The notes under the pieces: model-generated
Database searches by the model: none
What the model was told of the DNA's origin: nothing
Seen by the model: the letters and a program-made list of their open reading frames with translations, nothing else
NCBI GenBank assembly: GCA_003427395.1
Contig: BFEA01000004.1
Location: forward strand, 7,243,260 to 7,307,259
Direction of reading: 5' to 3'
Length of the DNA stretch: 64,000 nucleotides
Source of the DNA: Chara braunii
Lineage: Eukaryota > Plantae > Charophyceae
Made by a program: the position numbers and the translations under genes
In this document: piece after piece, positions 39,201-52,733 of the stretch
Position numbering within the stretch: the stretch's first letter is position 1
Layout: each line of letters starts with the position of its first letter

Positions 39201-42200
39201 ACGTCTTTATGGTCTCCTTTTTCATAGAGTAGGGGCACCACGTTGCTACTTAGTAGCTCGCCCATGCCTCCCTTTTCCCAACTGTCCTCATAGAACTGTT
39301 GGAGGTTGTTGCCCATAACTGGCCCGAACTGTCCTCATAGTCCGTCTATGCCTGGGGACTTGTCGTTGTTCATACTTTGCAGTGTTGTTTTTAGTTCATC
39401 AAGGGTAATTGGTTTGTCTAGCGGTGCAGCCTGTTCTGCTGTAATTGTTTTGTGCAAATATTGAAGCATTTTTGACCTTGCTTCTCTTACTGTTGTGGGG
39501 GGGGGAGAGAGGGTTTTCTTCTGGTACAGCTCTTGGTAGAGCCCTTTGGCTATTTGTAGCATACCTTCACTGTTTGTTCTGGTGATTTGTTCGCCTGTGC
39601 ATTCTTTTAGATCTTCTATTGTGATGGATCTGTTGTTCACTTTTATCCTAGCAAAAAATTGTTTGCTCATTGATTCATTTAACTCGTAGTTAGTCATATT
39701 TGCCCTTATCCGCCGCTCCAGCCCTTATCTGGAGACCACTCAGTCATATTTGCCCTTATCCGGCGGAGTATAGGCGTGAAGATTTTGGTATGAGGATGGT
39801 TATCCCTTTGGTGGCTGAGTTAGTGTCTGTCGACCATATTTCATCTTTGACTCCTATTCTCCTTGTGAAAAATTTCCTTATCTTAAGGTGTTCATCAGAA
39901 TTGGTTAGGTGTGTTTCTTGCAACAGTATGATGTCCACTAGTTTGTTAGAGGGGTTTTTTAGGCCTTTGATTATATCGTTCAATTTGTCTTCTTTGGTCG
40001 TGACGTTCCCTCGCCCATTAATGTTCCGGCTACGGATAAAGATCCCTTGGGTTTTCCAATTCACCTTCCCCCCTGTTTCATTTGCTGTTTTTCTTATCTC
40101 CTCCATGGACAGTTAGGTCAGGTGAACTCGAGCATATTGGACCCTTCACCTCTAAGAGACGCCCGAACCCCCCGCCCCCATAGAGTCAGTTGAGGTCTCA
40201 CGGTTTGTCGGCCTCGGTCGAGGCCTGAGGGTCGTCTATCCTGAACTCCCCTATACTGTCATTGGCCCCCTTACCTATGGGTGTACCCGATTGCGACTCA
40301 CCTTTGTCCATGTTTCTGTCCTTTGAGTCGTCCTCCTTTTCCTCTTCTGAGGAGTAGACATCTCTGTGGAATCTGTCCATATCCACTGCCCATGCTCTTG
40401 ACTCTAGGTCGCCATTTTCATTGAAGATGCCACTGTTGATCAGCTCTGCTAAGGAGGCAGCCTGCAGCTCCGCCGGGATGCCTATCCCTAACAACACGCT
40501 ATAGGGGATGGCCATGACTGTACTCCATGGCCGCCACCTCATCCCTCCCTTGGGTGTCGTTCCTTCAGGCATCTTGGCTATGATACGGGTGAATGACCTT
40601 GGAGATGCGTGGTCTGGCTGGTCCTCGCGGGAATCGTTGTGGCCTGGCTGTTCTTCAGTGCCTTGTTGTTCCTCTTGTGGTTCCAAAACCAGCAACTCAT
40701 CCTGTGGAGCCATCTGGGACTCAATTTCAAATATCCCCAAGGGACAAACCGCTGTGATCTTTTCTTGCTGAATGTCGGCTACATTTTGGCCTTCTTTAAT
40801 CCTAGGGATTGCAAAAGCCACATTTGTGGCTACCTGCCACTCCTTTTTCCCTCCATGTATCTTGTTGCCACTAGCGGTCTGGTGCCCATCAAAGTCAGCC
40901 TTGCAAACAAGGCCTGCCCCAAGACTTGGGGGGCCTTACCTTTTGCAATGGGACTGAGGGAAATGAACTCAGGTTCGTATGCTTTGTTCAAATTTTTCAG
41001 CTTTTCGGACTGGGCTTCTAACACTGCAATTTCTTGTTCAAGCTCAGTCCGAGCTGTTTTTCCTGAGGGGTCCACTTCCTTTCCCTCCCTGTTGACACCT
41101 TTCTTCTTCTTATTCTTTCTGGTTCTCCATTTCTTCGGCCTCAAGTCTTGCAGGGCTTCTTTTGATTCCACTTGGGTGATGTCTTTGTTAGTGAGACCTT
41201 GTTCTCTTGACCTCTTTTTCTCAGCATATCTGAGTGCTGCGTACTCCATGAATTCCTCGACCTTTACCAGCAGGTCATATTGGTTGGAAGAGGCCTTGAT
41301 TCCTGCTATTGTTCCCTTCTTTTGGTTATAGGTTCTCTCCATGTGTTTCAGACATGCAGTCCGGATGTCGAAAAGGTGTTCGCATTCTGCTCTGGCTGTT
41401 TCAACGTACTCTTTCAGCCATTGAAGGGATCTCTTGGCTGGGGTATTCTCACCTGATTCTGAAGAGGGGTCCGAGGCCTTGGAATTCCCAGTGGACTGGG
41501 TTCCCTCTGAAGGGAGGGAGGGGGTTGGTTGCTTCTCACTTACCAGTGGTTCCCCTGATCCCTCCTTGCCGTCTGAATTGAGTCCTCTTCTCTTTTTCTG
41601 GTCCAGTTGCCCCCTCCTGTCGTTCTTTCCTTTTCCGTTGTTCATTTATTGGCTGGCAAGGTCTGCTGCAATTTTTTGTTCAATTCTTGTTTCAGCTCGT
41701 CTTCTTTATGATTAATGAAGGCTTCGGTTCTGGCCTGAATCTTTTGGGATTGTTTCTGGTACTCTTCCTCAATCTGTTCCCAAGCAAAATCCAGATCCCA
41801 CAACAGGTTTTCCCTAACATTTTCCTCCAAAATGACTCTAGAGTCAGTGAGAGGAATCGTGTTGATCTTAGCTGGATTACCTGATTCTTTGCTATGTTGA
41901 ACAATGACTGCCATCCTCGAAGTGAAAGTCGACGATCCGCTAGTCTTTCCCCGCGAATGGGAGTTTCACATTGAGAGCAGAGTTCTGGAAGTCGTTGTCT
42001 CCACCAAGTCCTCCCCGATTTGTCTCAGATGCAGGGAAAGGGGGCATTTGGGATCAGACCCGACATGCCCCAAGTTCCCAAAAAAACAGAAGGAGAGGAA
42101 GTTGCTTCCCAACATGGTGGTTGAGGTAGAGGAAGCACTAGGCACCTGGTTCATAGGAGACCCAACCTATGATGGTTGGGTCTTCGATGATAACCTGGAA

Positions 42201-43000
42201 GACCCGGAATGGGTCTGGCACTTCACAGGCAAGGAGGCAACAACGAAAAAGCAGACATCTTCCCTCCCGCTGACAGCAGATGGCAGGCATTGGCAGAATC
42301 AATTTCAGTGTTTTGTTGGTTGGGTATTGTCTCTCCAGCCTGTCAACCACCAGGCCGTAATAACCTGCTTGGATCCGATCAAATTGCACCCAAAATTGTT
42401 CTTTGAGGAGGGTCTGCTCGTAGGATCCTGAAAAGGGCAGAGTCAGTCTCATGTTGGTTTGCTTTTTCCAACAATTGATAGTGCAGGTTGATCTGTTGCA
42501 ATTCCTGGATCTCATCTCGGCTGCAATCCTTGTGTGGTCTTATGAGATGACGATCACCATCACTGAATTGCGTCCCAGATTGATCATGGAGAAGGACTCA
42601 CCTGAAGTCTCTTGAGTTTGTCCTCTTTCTAATTGGTTTCTGCAATCCACTTCCATTTCTCTGCCGACATCAACTCAGCTCCGTTCCTTGCGAAGTTGAA
42701 AACAACAGTGTGTCTTCCGTGGAGATCGTCAAGCTCTGGGATTTTCCCATCTGGGTATTTCCATCTCACTATTTCCTCCTCTTTGCCCTCAGTGTTTGGT
42801 TGTTTTTTAATACCATTTTCCCCTGAACTTTGGTTTTCTCGATCAGGAATTTGAGAGCATCGTTCCCAATGATTTATGTGGAAGCTTTGCTCGATTGGGA
42901 CGAACCATTGTAGGTAGCCATTGATTGAAGGGTCTGCTTAAATGTGGCAAGAGGCTTGCCTGCCCCTGGGCTCTGAGTCGTCGCTCGCTTGGTTCCTGAA
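36231..43000 (-). mobile_element. L1/Tx1-clade LINE B, degenerate, with an internal deletion and an inversion
   Basis: LLQETHL, KSPGIDGL, NYRPISLL, DFEKA, RQGDPL, MFADDL; ORF1 pieces at 40198-42920; most of the APE is deleted near 39700-39760. Confidence 0.88.
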
Positions 43001-43311
43001 ATAATGACTTCCGACCCGAACCAGAATTGGTTGGGGCTGGGGAGACGATCGAGCTGTTAAGTGTTCGGGGGGCTGGCGTGCTACCTGGTCGTGGGGGACT
43101 TTGGCGGCTACCTACAATGGTTCGTCCCAATCGAGCAAAGCTTCCACATAAATCATTGAGAACGATGCTCTCAAATTCCTGATCAAGAAAAAAAACAAAG
43201 TTCAGGGGAAAATGGTGATTAAAAAACAACCAAACACTGAGGGCAAAGAGGAGGAAATAGTGATATGGAAATACCCAGATGGGAAAATCCCAGAACTCGA
43301 CGATCTCCACG
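42718..43311. repeat. About 200-bp inverted repeat (42718-42919 / 43105-43311)
   Basis: Arms are near-identical reverse complements, separated by about 185 bp. Confidence 0.9.
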
Positions 43312-43369
43312 AACGGATGAAGAAAGGCAGAATCACCCTCACAGATTTAAAGAATTTACCACGCTTCGC

Positions 43370-44025
43370 CTCCCCACCTGGGGAGCGTTTTTTTCCAAGG
43401 CAGGAAATGATAATATCGAGAAAGTATAAAAAATGAGCTAGCCACCAATGACTTTGTTTGGTCAGAAAAATTGAGCAGCACTCCGCCTCCCCGCTTGGGG
43501 CGCGGAATTTGCACGGTGCCAAAAAGGCCAATTTTCTTGCTCAAGAAGACAAAGGTGGATCGATAAAAGTTGTAGAAAAAAGTGGCCAGCGTCTGGTCTC
43601 CCCGCCTGGGGATCAATGGACTGCCTAGCCAGATGTGACCAATTAAACAATTTAGGCAGTTAATAAATGCGTCAAGGATTACAACACCAATTCCTACTTA
43701 TGGCAAGCAGCTAATTTCGAAAAGAATTGGACAGATTTGGACAGCATCTGGCCTCCCCTCCTGGGGATCGAGGAGTTGTCCGACCAGATGTGGCCAAATT
43801 GAGGGACACGATGTCATGAGCTGACTTTTACTGAAAAACGACAGAGGTGGAACAAGAAGAACATGGCCAGCTTCTGGCCTCCCCACCTGGGGATTGATGG
43901 AAAGATAAACTAAACAGTTATTGAATTCGTCAGGGATTACAACATCAGTTCCTAGTTTGTGGCAGTCAGCTAATTCGAAAAAATCGGACTGATTTGGCCA
44001 GTATCTGGTCTCCCCGCCTGGGGAA
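43370..44025. repeat. Degenerate 110-155 bp tandem units with core CTCCCCNC(C/T)TGGGG
   Basis: Core occurs six times, near 43370, 43487, 43598, 43753, 43879 and 44010. Confidence 0.75.
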
Positions 44026-44639
44026 CGAGGAGTTGTCCGACCATATGTGGCCAAACTAAGCAATTGTTGCACTACCAATCAAGTCAATGAGCAGCCGGTT
44101 TGGAGGATAGCATGTGCAAGGCGTTATTCTTTTGGCAAAATGGGATGGGGCCTGGAAGAGCTTCGGTTCGTGCTGAAAACAGTCATGCTGGTGGTGGTCG
44201 TAGGTGGATTGAATAGGTTTCACCTATCTGATCTGTAGGTGGTTCTTATGAATGTCTTAGGACTCTAGGGACTCTTAGCAACCCATCCTAGGCGGTTTTG
44301 AAGCGGTTATACTCAGTGATCTGCGGCTGTTCAATGCCAGAACGACGCTAGCCGGTGCTGGGGTGTTGCCCTGTAACCTGCTGATGCAGGAGCGTGAGGC
44401 CTGGTAGAGAGATCTGGGGATGCTTTGGGGTGGGCATCCCAAGGGACAGCCAAGGTTTGCTGCTGGGACGACGCTGGTCGGAGCTGGGGCGAGTTGTGTT
44501 GCCCTGTAACCCAGCAGGGTGGGGGCATGAGGCCTGGAAGAGCTCAGCAGGGAGTAAGACTGTGTTGGAAAGTCTTGGAAGGGCTTGTTAGGAATTCTGA
44601 GGGTTGTGAGCATTCGTAGGACCTCTGTGGCAGCCTACT

Positions 44640-44819
44640 GCATGAGTAGTTCCTTAATAGGTCATTAGATATTCATAGACTGATCTCAGCCGAAGCCGGG
44701 TAATGGCCCCGGTATCTCAAATGTTCTCAATTGTTCTTAATGATCTGTACAATTCGATATGGGACGCTGGGCCCGGTTCCCAGCACGTGCTGCTCCCCAC
44801 AAATAGATTGGAGCATTTG

Positions 44820-44854
<35 letters not shown>
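44640..44854 (+). mobile_element. Retroelement 3' tail with poly(A)
   Basis: GGGACGCTGG..CCAGC..TGCTCCCCACAAATAGATTGGAGC then A33; left boundary unknown. Confidence 0.6.
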
Positions 44855-44856
<2 letters not shown>

Positions 44857-47800
44857 TGTGGGTCGATAAGTGTTGATTATGAGCCTGGGCGTAGCGAGTT
44901 GTTAGATGGTCGTGAAGTGGGCTGAGGAAGAGTGGGGACGAGAAGGGAGGGGGGGAGGCGGGGGGAAAGGCTGGAGAGACCGGGAACGTGGGGCAGTTTG
45001 AGATTTTGGTTTGCGAGTGAGGGATATTTGGATGGTCGGGACTTGCAGGTTCGGGGGCAGCTGGAATTAAAGCGGGGAGGGAAGGCGCCATTTGAGGGGG
45101 GTAGGGGCGGGCTCAATCGGGGATGGAGTGGTGTGAGGTTTGCGGCGAATGATATGGGTGCGTGGCGTGGGATTATTGGAAGGAGAGAACTCCCCTCCGA
45201 TTTCAGAGGGGGGGAAGTACAGCGGGGATGTTTGGGGTAAGGGGGGGGGAGTAGATATTATCCGGCGGGAAAATGTGAGACTTGGGGTGGGCCGGGGCAG
45301 GATGGGCGGTGGGAGAGGTTTGGGGATACGTCGATTCCCCTGAGCGTATAGGATGGCGGGGTATTAAAGGTTGTGTGGAGGATGGGGATGTGGTGGGATC
45401 ACGAGATGGAGAGGGATAAGGTGGAGGTTGGGGGATGGGAGGATTAGATAGGTCGGGGCCGCTATCGATTGTGAAAGGTGAAGGAGGATGGGGGCACAGG
45501 GAGGAATCTGTGCGAGAGGGGGGCAGAACGTCTTTTGGGGTGGAGACAGTGGGGATGAGGAGGTTTGGGTAACCGGGGTGTGGTAGCGGGTTGGTGAGGG
45601 GTGGGGTGTGAGGCGGTGTGTTGCGGTGAGGGGTGATGTCGGGTTAAATGTGGGCGAGGTGGTAGGTGTGGGGTGACAGTCGTCAGTTAAGAAAGTGGGA
45701 TAGATATGAGTGTGGAGAGGGGGGGGGGGGGAGGATTCCAAAATCAATCCGCTCTCACTTGTCTTTGGCTCATGTTGGAATGTTCGAAAACGGCACGCTT
45801 CCAGGCTTCGATTCAATCATGGATCCAGCTTGTTACTCATCCTTTGGTGTTGTGGCGGCTGCGAACAGAGGAGACGACGTCGAGACGTCTTTGACACTTG
45901 AAGGGATGCTTGGATTCACACAATAATATTGTCTAGTATCCAGAATTCATAAATTCCCCCAAGCCAGAAGCTCGTCATCTACCATTCCCCATCATTTCTC
46001 CTTGCCCTGGTGAGGACTACCGCTGGGCTCGAAGTTACTCTTTCTTGGGGAAAAAGGCACGGTGATGATGGCCACGCCATGAGCACCTGGCGTGCGCGCG
46101 CGGACTTACTTCTTTGGGTTGTCGAGCTATGGCTGGCTATTGTTACATGCTGCGCGCCTGCAACAGGCTGCACGGGCCATTTCCAGGCCCGTGACGTTTT
46201 CAGGTCAAAAGCCTGAAAACAAGGGCCTACAGGCCTTGTGTCGTTTCAGCCTGAAAGCCTGAAAACAAGGGCCTACAGGCCCTGTGTCGTTTCAGGCTAA
46301 ATCAGGGCCTTTCCGGCCCTGAGTGTTTTCAGCCTGAAACTGAGGGCCATTTTCGGGCCCTCATCGGTTCGACCTGCCCTGAAACTCAGGCAACAAACCA
46401 GGGTTTTAGCACAGGCCATTTCGGGCCTGTTTTCAAGACAACCCCTGGTTGAGCTTCAATGCCAGGGTCTGGCATGTTTCGGCATTGGCAAGGGCAGCCT
46501 TTTGGACGGGCCAACACTATATAGGACTGGCCCCCCCTGCAGGCAGGCAGGTAGTTCCTAGGTACTTCCCAGGCACTTCACGTGCAGTTCAGGAGGCAGG
46601 AGGTAGTCTTCAGGATTCGGCAGCAGCCCTCTGGAGGAGCGCTGCAGGAGTAGTAGTAGCGTTAGCAGTAGTCTTCAGCGCTGGGCACTAGTAGCGTTAG
46701 CCGTAGTCTTCAGCGCTGGGCGCCATAGCTAGAGTAGTACTATACAGAGAGAGAGATTGGGCGGAGGCCAGAGGGACTTACCTGCAGCGCCATTGCTCCA
46801 GCTTCGTCTTCGAGGTACCTGCAGCACAGCGCCATCTTCACAGGTTAGTATCTGGCACATGAGAGAGAGAGTTCTTCTTCTTCCTCTTCTCAGTCCACCA
46901 TCTCCTTCTCACCCTCTCGCTATCTGACTTCACTGCATCAGCAGACTACGAGAGAGAGAGAGAGAGAGANNNNNNNNNNNNNNNNNNNNNNNNNNNNNNN
47001 NNNNNNNNNNNNNNNNNNNNNNNNNNNNNNNNNNNNNNNNNNNNNNNNNNNNNNNNNNNNNNNNNNNNNNNNNNNNNNNNNNNNNNNNNNNNNNNNNNNN
47101 NNNNNNNNNNNNNNNNNNNNNNNNNNNNNNNNNNNNNNNNNNNNNNNNNNNNNNNNNNNNNNNNNNNNNNNNNNNNNNNNNNNNNNNNNNNNNNNNNNNN
47201 NNNNNNNNNNNNNNNNNNNNNNNNNNNNNNNNNNNNNNNNNNNNNNNNNNNNNNNNNNNNNNNNNNNNNNNNNNNNNNNNNNNNNNNNNNNNNNCCATCT
47301 CCCCCTTCCTCTTCTTCGTCTGATCCCCTCCTCTTCGTCTGTGTATGTCTGGACCTGGCGCCTCCTTCCTGTGTATAGCGCCAGGCCCCCTTCACACCTT
47401 GTGATGAGCATGATGTATGTTTGGTCTGCGTTGCAACATTGATTGGGCTAGTCATTGGTATCCTAGCATTCTGCTGCGCTGTCTTGCACTACGTAGTAGA
47501 GGTCAGTCCCGGTCAGGTCAGGTCTTGTATCTAAATCTTCCACTGCGCTATAAAACACCATTTTGTATGTATCAGGATGTACACTGCTTGTTGAGATTCT
47601 ACTTGCACTGCATTGTCCATTCAGTCCTTTTTATCACATTGCGGATCCTCCGTTTTACATGTACATCGCCCAACTGGGCATGTAACACTATGGATGGTCT
47701 GGTCTTTTCCTCGTTTCTGGTCGGGCGAGCTCGCGTTGTCGTGGAGTGTGGAAGCACTGTTCGAATTCAAAGTGTACTTGAGTTCGCGCCCGCTCGGGCG

Positions 47801-49249
47801 CGGGGGGCCGGGCGGCGCGAACGCAAAACCCGAATAGCGCTGCTCACTGTGCTAGCCGAGGGTGCGAGCGCAAAAAAGTTTTCGTATACGTTTTTTGAAT
47901 ATAGCGCCCCTTTGGATATAACGCCCAGGCGTACATTCAAACAGAAGGCGCAGGCGATATATTTGAATGTGGTATTGGCAGAATGCCTTGTAGGGGAGGG
48001 GAAGGGGGGGGTCAAGGGGGTTGAAAGGAGTTTGGGGTGTGCTTTAGCTTCACTTTTCTAGTTTGTTAAACTTTGTTTCTTTATCTTCCAATTTAGCTTC
48101 CAATTGATAAGGAACTCTGAAATGGTCCTCAGCCAAAAGTTGGTTTCATTGCAATCTACACAACATATTTATTTGCAATCACATGAAAGCACTAAATTTT
48201 CAAAATGCAAGATCTCATAGAAGATCAAGCATGATTGAGCCGAGTTGAAAGCAGAATACAAAGAAAGCCCACTTCTCACATCCAATAATCAGTACAACAA
48301 CAATGTGGTAGCCCTACCACGATGTGTCCGCCTTACTCTACTCCCTAATCCTACACACGCTACTCTACTACTCCCACTCTCGGTGTCTACTTGTCACTTG
48401 CTGAATGCTGCTCGAAGAGTCTGCTCACACAAGCTGCCCCTCGTCAACACCAGGTGAGACCCGCCGGTTCCCAATGACTTCCTCCACTTCCTAACCACTC
48501 CACACCTCGCCACCCTGCTGCCCTGCTTAGTGCTGTGCAACTATGGCAGGCGCTAGCCCAGCAGCCACCGCTGTTGCCTCCTCCTGCATAGGTGCACAGG
48601 CTGCAGTGCGCTACTTCAGTGCTGCCAGAATCCTGCCACTGCCCGAATTTCCTCTCCCCAGCAGCCTCCCTCCGTTTGCCTACCTGGAGACAGTATTCCA
48701 GTCACAGTAGGCAGTGCCCACTGCCCGCTGGTCTGAGTCTGGGTACCAGCCTCTGTAACCAACTGGAGGCTGGGCCTACCGTTTAGTTACAGGGGATGGT
48801 GCCTTTCTCAGGCCCAGGAATTTCTCCCCACTGCCCTTCAATTCGGGCCAGTGTCATTTTCTCAGGCCCACCTTCACTTAGGTGGACTGGCCTTCTTTGG
48901 GGCACGCCGAGGCCTGGAGCATCACACTCCCACCTCCTTAGGTTCAAGAGCCCTTTGATAAACGTTTCACTCTTGCCGTTTCCTCCATTTAAGAGCCCTC
49001 TCATAATGTAGAACCACTTGAGGTGCAGACTTACTTAGCTCTCCCTGGTGAACCACTTCTGTTATTGTTTTACCTGTGTCACATATTTCATACACTTCAA
49101 ATTCTGCTGTTTATTGCTGTGTTCATGTGCTCTTGATGTATCAAAGAGCTACTGAGGGAATTGCCTGTGTTATGATCCTGGCTATCTTGCAGTGCAAAAA
49201 CTCAAAGAAAGACAACACTGTTCAATTGCAACTGAAGAGAAATAGACAA

Positions 49250-50508
49250 AGGGAGAGGAAGAAATACAAATGGACGTAGAAGAAATAAGACAATTAAGAA
49301 CAGATGGCTAAAGTTAACTGGTCAGATGCCAGTCGGATATCACAAATACCATGGAAAGAACTCAAAAGTCAAAACAATCCGGCCTGTCAAAACCAGGAGC
49401 CTCCAATGGCTCATCTCCAAAGTGGCTCTACCAGTCAACCAATAGTTGCATATCAGAAGAAGGAAAACCAATCCTAGCAGCTCGGACTTATCTATGGGTA
49501 ACCAGAAACCATCTCCCCTCCCCTCAAGACTAAATGGATCATCTGACCTTTGGGACTCCCTTTTCCCTACCCAATTCCCCGAACACCCCCTCCAACTCCT
49601 CCTATGGACTAACATCCCTGCTCACTTCTAGAAGACAGAGAGGATGTGGTTCGGTATTTTCAGAAAGGTGACACTTCGGTCTATATGGAAGGAAAGGTGC
49701 TGCAGAATCCCTGCTCACTTCTAGAAGACAGAGAGGATGTGGTTCGGTATTTTCAGAAAGGTGACACTTNGGTCTATATGGAAGGAAAGGTGCTGCAGAA
49801 CTCTTAAAGGTCTCTCCACTTCAAGAGAGAGTGTTCGGGTGGCTACAAGGCCATTGATTCAGGCTGAGATTTTACGCAAGTGGCAGGAAACAAAGCATTC
49901 TATGTTGGACGAGTTGGACCTGCAGCAGAAGATCAAAGTTAAATTTTCAAGGGTATGGCTGGTGGGAGGCAAGGTAGCAGAAATAAAGGACTCCGGTATA
50001 TGGTGGAAAGACTAGCACAATTCAGATGCGGGGCTTAGAAGGCAGAGGTCCCAGTCAGCAGACCGGCAGGACCCAGTACAGGCCACATAAGCTCAACGGC
50101 ATGCAGAGAGGAGATTGGCTAAAAAGCGATCAACAACCTACAAGATCAGAGTCCAATGGGGCCTTTCCGACCAGTCCAGGGATTTTGGATTCCTTACCTC
50201 ATAGTCATTTCTTGGTTTCACGTTAAATTTGGCAGGTTTGACCGTTTAGGTAAATAAACCTGAGAGGAAAGGTAGAGGGAAGGCAAGGTGACAGTCAATC
50301 CTCCAGTCATCTGGAGCAATCAATGCTGATCAGGGGTCCTTCGGCCAAATGGAAGGAGGCATGATGGTGTTCTTGTTGTATTGCTGACTTGCCGGTGGAA
50401 TCAGAAGCGGCCTGATGCTCCCCAGAATGGATACGGAGCCAGGGCCGTAAGGACCTGTTCTTTTCATCTTTCTTCCCCCCCCCCAAAAAAAAAGAAAAAC
50501 AAAAAAAA
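49250..50508 (+). mobile_element. 5'-truncated LINE (end of ORF2 plus 3' UTR), same group as LINE B
   Basis: LQLLLWTNIP and WFGIFRKVTL.SIWKERC match LINE B; complete tail and A-rich end; 93-bp tandem duplication at 49614-49799. Confidence 0.85.
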
Positions 50509-52733
50509 GCCTATAAGACGATGAACACCAGCAAGGAGCAATGTCCATTCCCCCTTCAACGCACCACCATCTTCATCCTCCAACAACTTCGCCAACCTCT
50601 GGCTAACAACAATAATGATAATAAGAATGAAAGAATGAACCGGAACCAATGTCTGAGGCCCTTACTGCCAGCCACTCAAGAAGTCCATAGCCATCCCACA
50701 CCTCCTTCTAAATGGTCTAGCTGGTGGCTATGGAGGACCATCAGAGTGAAGCTCTGATGTTCAGAGGGCTATGCAAAGCCACTGTGCCTCACCTCCGGAG
50801 TCTTCCTTCCAAATATTACCCCACTTTGGGCCTTCCAGGTGCAGCGCCAACCAAGAAGATGAAGATGCACACCACCATAGCCAGGTAAGCCCCCTCATCA
50901 CTCTCCTCCTTTGTCACCATTTTCCTCCTCCTACTCGTTCTCCGCCAGATGATCCTCTTTGGTCCTCTCCAACATAGCCGGGGTGGTAGGCCAAGGGCGC
51001 CTTCTTCCTCACCCAGCACTGCTTCAGCTGGGTGCCCGCTCCAGCAACGTGCCTCGAAACTGCACACCCCCAAAATGAGATGGAGTACTTCGCCTCCCAG
51101 TTTGGTACACCGACAAAGTGCCTCCTTGTGCGGTTGCTTCAAGGCTGCGCGGCCTCCAAGTCTACCCGGTACCTTCCACTTTTGGAGGGAAACAACATTG
51201 CAGTCTGATATCCCCTCCTGCAGGCTCTAGACTCAGGCTACTTGGACCAGTGCCTCCCTTTCTAAGCCTACCGGACTCAAAATCCTACTTCGGCCTACAA
51301 AGGTACTAACTTTTTGTCTTCTTCTGCCTACCTACACTAGCGTTTTCTGCCTATGCCAGCCTACCCTACTCTAATTCCCCGCTGTGCCCGCACAACCACA
51401 CAGCACAACCACACAGCCACAGGTAACTACCAGGCGCGTGAGCCTTCCCAGCGCACAAGTACCATAGCAGGTCACACACACACACACCCATGCAATCATG
51501 CAGACAGGAAAACACACTGAAACTCAGCAATCACGCACACACACAAACTTAGAAACCTCAGCAGAATATGGGAATCTCAGCTCAAACAAGCGGCAAAACT
51601 CAGAAAACAGCAGGTTTCTCAGTCTGCGATTTCACAGGTCATTACACCTGGCATCTGTCCGTTGCCCAGTCTCCTTCCTCCCATTTGACTTCTCCCCTGA
51701 GACGAGTCCTCTACTCTCAGGAAATGCTTTCTAAAACGTTTTCCAGGTTTGTCTCCAGGTTATAACATCCTTTGAGCTGGCTCTGTAGCCCTGCCATGAC
51801 CTACCATCATTTTTCCCCGTCCTTCCATAGGTGTTCCATTTTCCATATACCGTTTGACCTCCTCCAGCATGTGTTCTTACTTGTGAAAGCCCAAGGTTTT
51901 TCATTTGGATCTAGTAAGAGTTGGCGAATAGGGGCTGCATGAGGAATTTTTATTTTGCCTTTGGCATCCTGATTCTTTCTGTGAATGCTTCTCTCCATTG
52001 TGGATTAGTGTCACCCAATGTTTGCTGGGCCGTAGAGTCAGTGTCAAGGCTGCAAGCCTGCAACCCAAAAAAAACGAGTCAAGAGTCAAAACCCCACATA
52101 ACTGAAGTGTCCACAACCACAACCAATAAACCATGTCTCAAAGGAACACTACCTTCTACCGCCGAACATAACGCATATGTGTTGTATTCGAGTTTTCAAA
52201 TTTGAGAAAAAAAAGGATAGAACGCATATGCGTTGTACTCGAAATTTAGGGCTATTCGAATAGAACACATATGCGTTGTATTCGAATAGAACACACCCTA
52301 TGCGTTGTATTCATTTACAATCAATATGCGTTATGTTCGGGGGAAGAATGTAGTCCTAACTCCTGGGCTACTTTTGCTCTTTTGCTCCTTGGCTGCAGGA
52401 ATAAAACAGCAAAGAGGGAGGAGGGCAGAGTGGGTAGACGGAGCAAAAGGGGAGGAGGGCAGGGAGAGATGGGAGATAGCAGCCAAAAGGCGTTAATGGC
52501 AAGAGAAAGAAGCTTGNNNNNNNNNNNNNNNNNNNNNNNNNNNNNNNNNNNNNNNNNNNNNNNNNNNNNNNNNNNNNNNNNNNNNNNNNNNNNNNNNNNN
52601 NNNNNNNNNNNNNNNNNNNNNNNNNNNNNNNNNNNNNNNNNNNNNNNNNNNNNNNNNNNNNNNNNNNNNNNNNNNNNNNNNNNNNNNNNNNNNNNNNNNN
52701 NNAAAAAAAAAAAAAAAAAAAAAAAAGGGAGTC

